Shown here: positions 62,897-64,000 of the stretch, piece after piece
Layout of the letters: each line of letters begins with the position of its first letter
Position numbering within the stretch: the stretch's first letter is position 1
Assembly: GCF_001194135.2 (NCBI RefSeq)
Contig: NC_068989.1
Location: 1,203,419 to 1,267,418 of the forward strand
Direction: 5' to 3'
DNA from: Octopus bimaculoides
Taxonomy: Eukaryota
DNA: 64,000 nucleotides
The notes under the pieces: generated by a model
Seen by the model: the letters and a program-made list of their open reading frames with translations, nothing else
Databases searched by the model: none
Told to the model about the DNA's origin: nothing
Made by a program: the position numbers and the translations under genes

Positions 62897-63669
62897 CTAA
62901 AAGTAAAGTTGAGAGCAAAATTACAAGGTTCTGTAAGATGCGTGACGGGGATTTAACAGATCCATAAAAACAATTCTCTGCCACTCACAAATAAATGGTA
63001 GCACACACAGAAAGTAAATGGTTACGCCATCAGTTTCAGAAATGAAGATTCCAGTTTTTATCTTAATTTAAACGACTGCCTTACTGAATTGTTGTGTGCC
63101 AGAATATTCAACTAATACTGTTACGCTTCATGTAGCCCTTGGCCAGTCTCGGCATGACCCACTGTGTCTGTGTTTGAGAAGGCTGGCTTCTTCATTTACA
63201 GACACACTCCATCCAACAGGCTTCCTATGGAGGAGGAGGTGCCTGAAGACTATCTCCACAACTCTCCCAGGAATAGTTGGCAGAGCAAATGGATGGATGG
63301 ATATACTGACAGCTAGACCTCATCAATAGTTTCTTTAGATAACTTTATACCTCTACATTTTGAAAGTATTCATTTGACAAATCAAAAATTTAGATTGTAT
63401 TATTTTTTCCCTTCAAAAGTCTCATGTAAAAAAAGAAAACTATTTTAAAAGACTCACTATTTATTCTATGATATGCCCAGTGAACTCTTCACATGAGTTG
63501 AAGTGATCCAGTCAAGTAGGGAGATAATATACTGAAATGGCAGATTATTATATGGAGAGGTTTAGACTCATTGAATCAATAAAACCACCTAAATCAGCAA
63601 TTTGATTTCTGTGTCAAGTACTGTGTTTTTGTCTATGGTCAATGCACTTTCTGTGTCTCATAATTGTAA

Positions 63670-64000
63670 ATAGTCCTTCAGGCGATCACAGAGGAATTCA
63701 AGACAGGTTGCCCCTGGGAGCTCCTCTATGCTGATGACCATGCACTAATTGCAGAGTCACTATCAGAACTAGAGGAGAAGTTTCAGGTGTGGAAGCAAGG
63801 ACTAGAATCGAAGGGCCTTAGAGTCAACCTAGCAAAAACCAAAATCCTAATAAGTAGGAAGGTAGATAAAACACAAACCCCTTCAGGTAGATGGCCCTGC
63901 TCGGTATGTAGAAAAGGAGTAGGTAGTAACTCTATAAGATGTACCCGGTGCAAGCTATGGACACATAAGAGGTGCAGCAACATCAAAGGCAGATTAACTA
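63670..64000 (+). mobile_element. RTE-clade LINE reverse transcriptase fragment with Cys/His (PHD-like) insert; frame open to window end
   Basis: IVLQAITEEFKTGCPWELLYADDHALIAES...KGLRVNLAKTK...CSVCRKGVGSNSIRCTRCKLWTHKRC, 110 codons with no stop. It is absent from the ORF track because no stop falls in the window. Confidence 0.93.

Noticed and set aside
63096-63329. Possible secernin N-terminal exon
   Set aside because: No frame on the minus strand gives CDTFV/KNSDRP-like motifs. The spliced-looking segment 63458-63531 has stops in all three frames.
518-64000. Most short ORFs in the ORF track (CV/HT/SL/poly-residue runs, X-containing ORFs, ORFs in SINEs)
   Set aside because: They are translations of microsatellites, N-gaps or repeats, with no domain similarity or splice support.

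Overview
This is AT-rich, microsatellite-dense eukaryotic DNA with 7 N-gaps. The repeat families suggest a coleoid cephalopod, most likely Octopus (inference). It holds two convergent spliced genes. (1) A complete ZMYND11/BS69 coding sequence lies on + (17405-47111). It has 11 clear coding exons with consistent GT-AG phases and encodes about 670 aa: winged helix, PHD, bromodomain, zinc finger, PWWP, acidic tract, coiled coil, MYND and a C-terminal extension. Two in-frame microexon candidates (9 nt and 6 nt) sit in its 12-kb second coding intron. (2) The last four coding exons of a divergent secernin lie on - (62896-57450); its N-terminal exon(s) were not found in the window. The rest is mostly transposable elements: RTE LINE pieces and about 20 copies of their 3' UTR, R4/Dong-like and mariner remnants, several tRNA-derived SINE families and MITEs. 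The most striking structure is a Penelope-like element whose 3' end joins a GIY-YIG ORF end, a tRNA-like Pol III head, (AAT)n and a minimal hammerhead ribozyme motif. It occurs twice as a near zero-spacer head-to-head palindrome inside introns (42.0-42.5 kb and 58.1-59.2 kb). All calls are from manual reading; no searches or folding were run.
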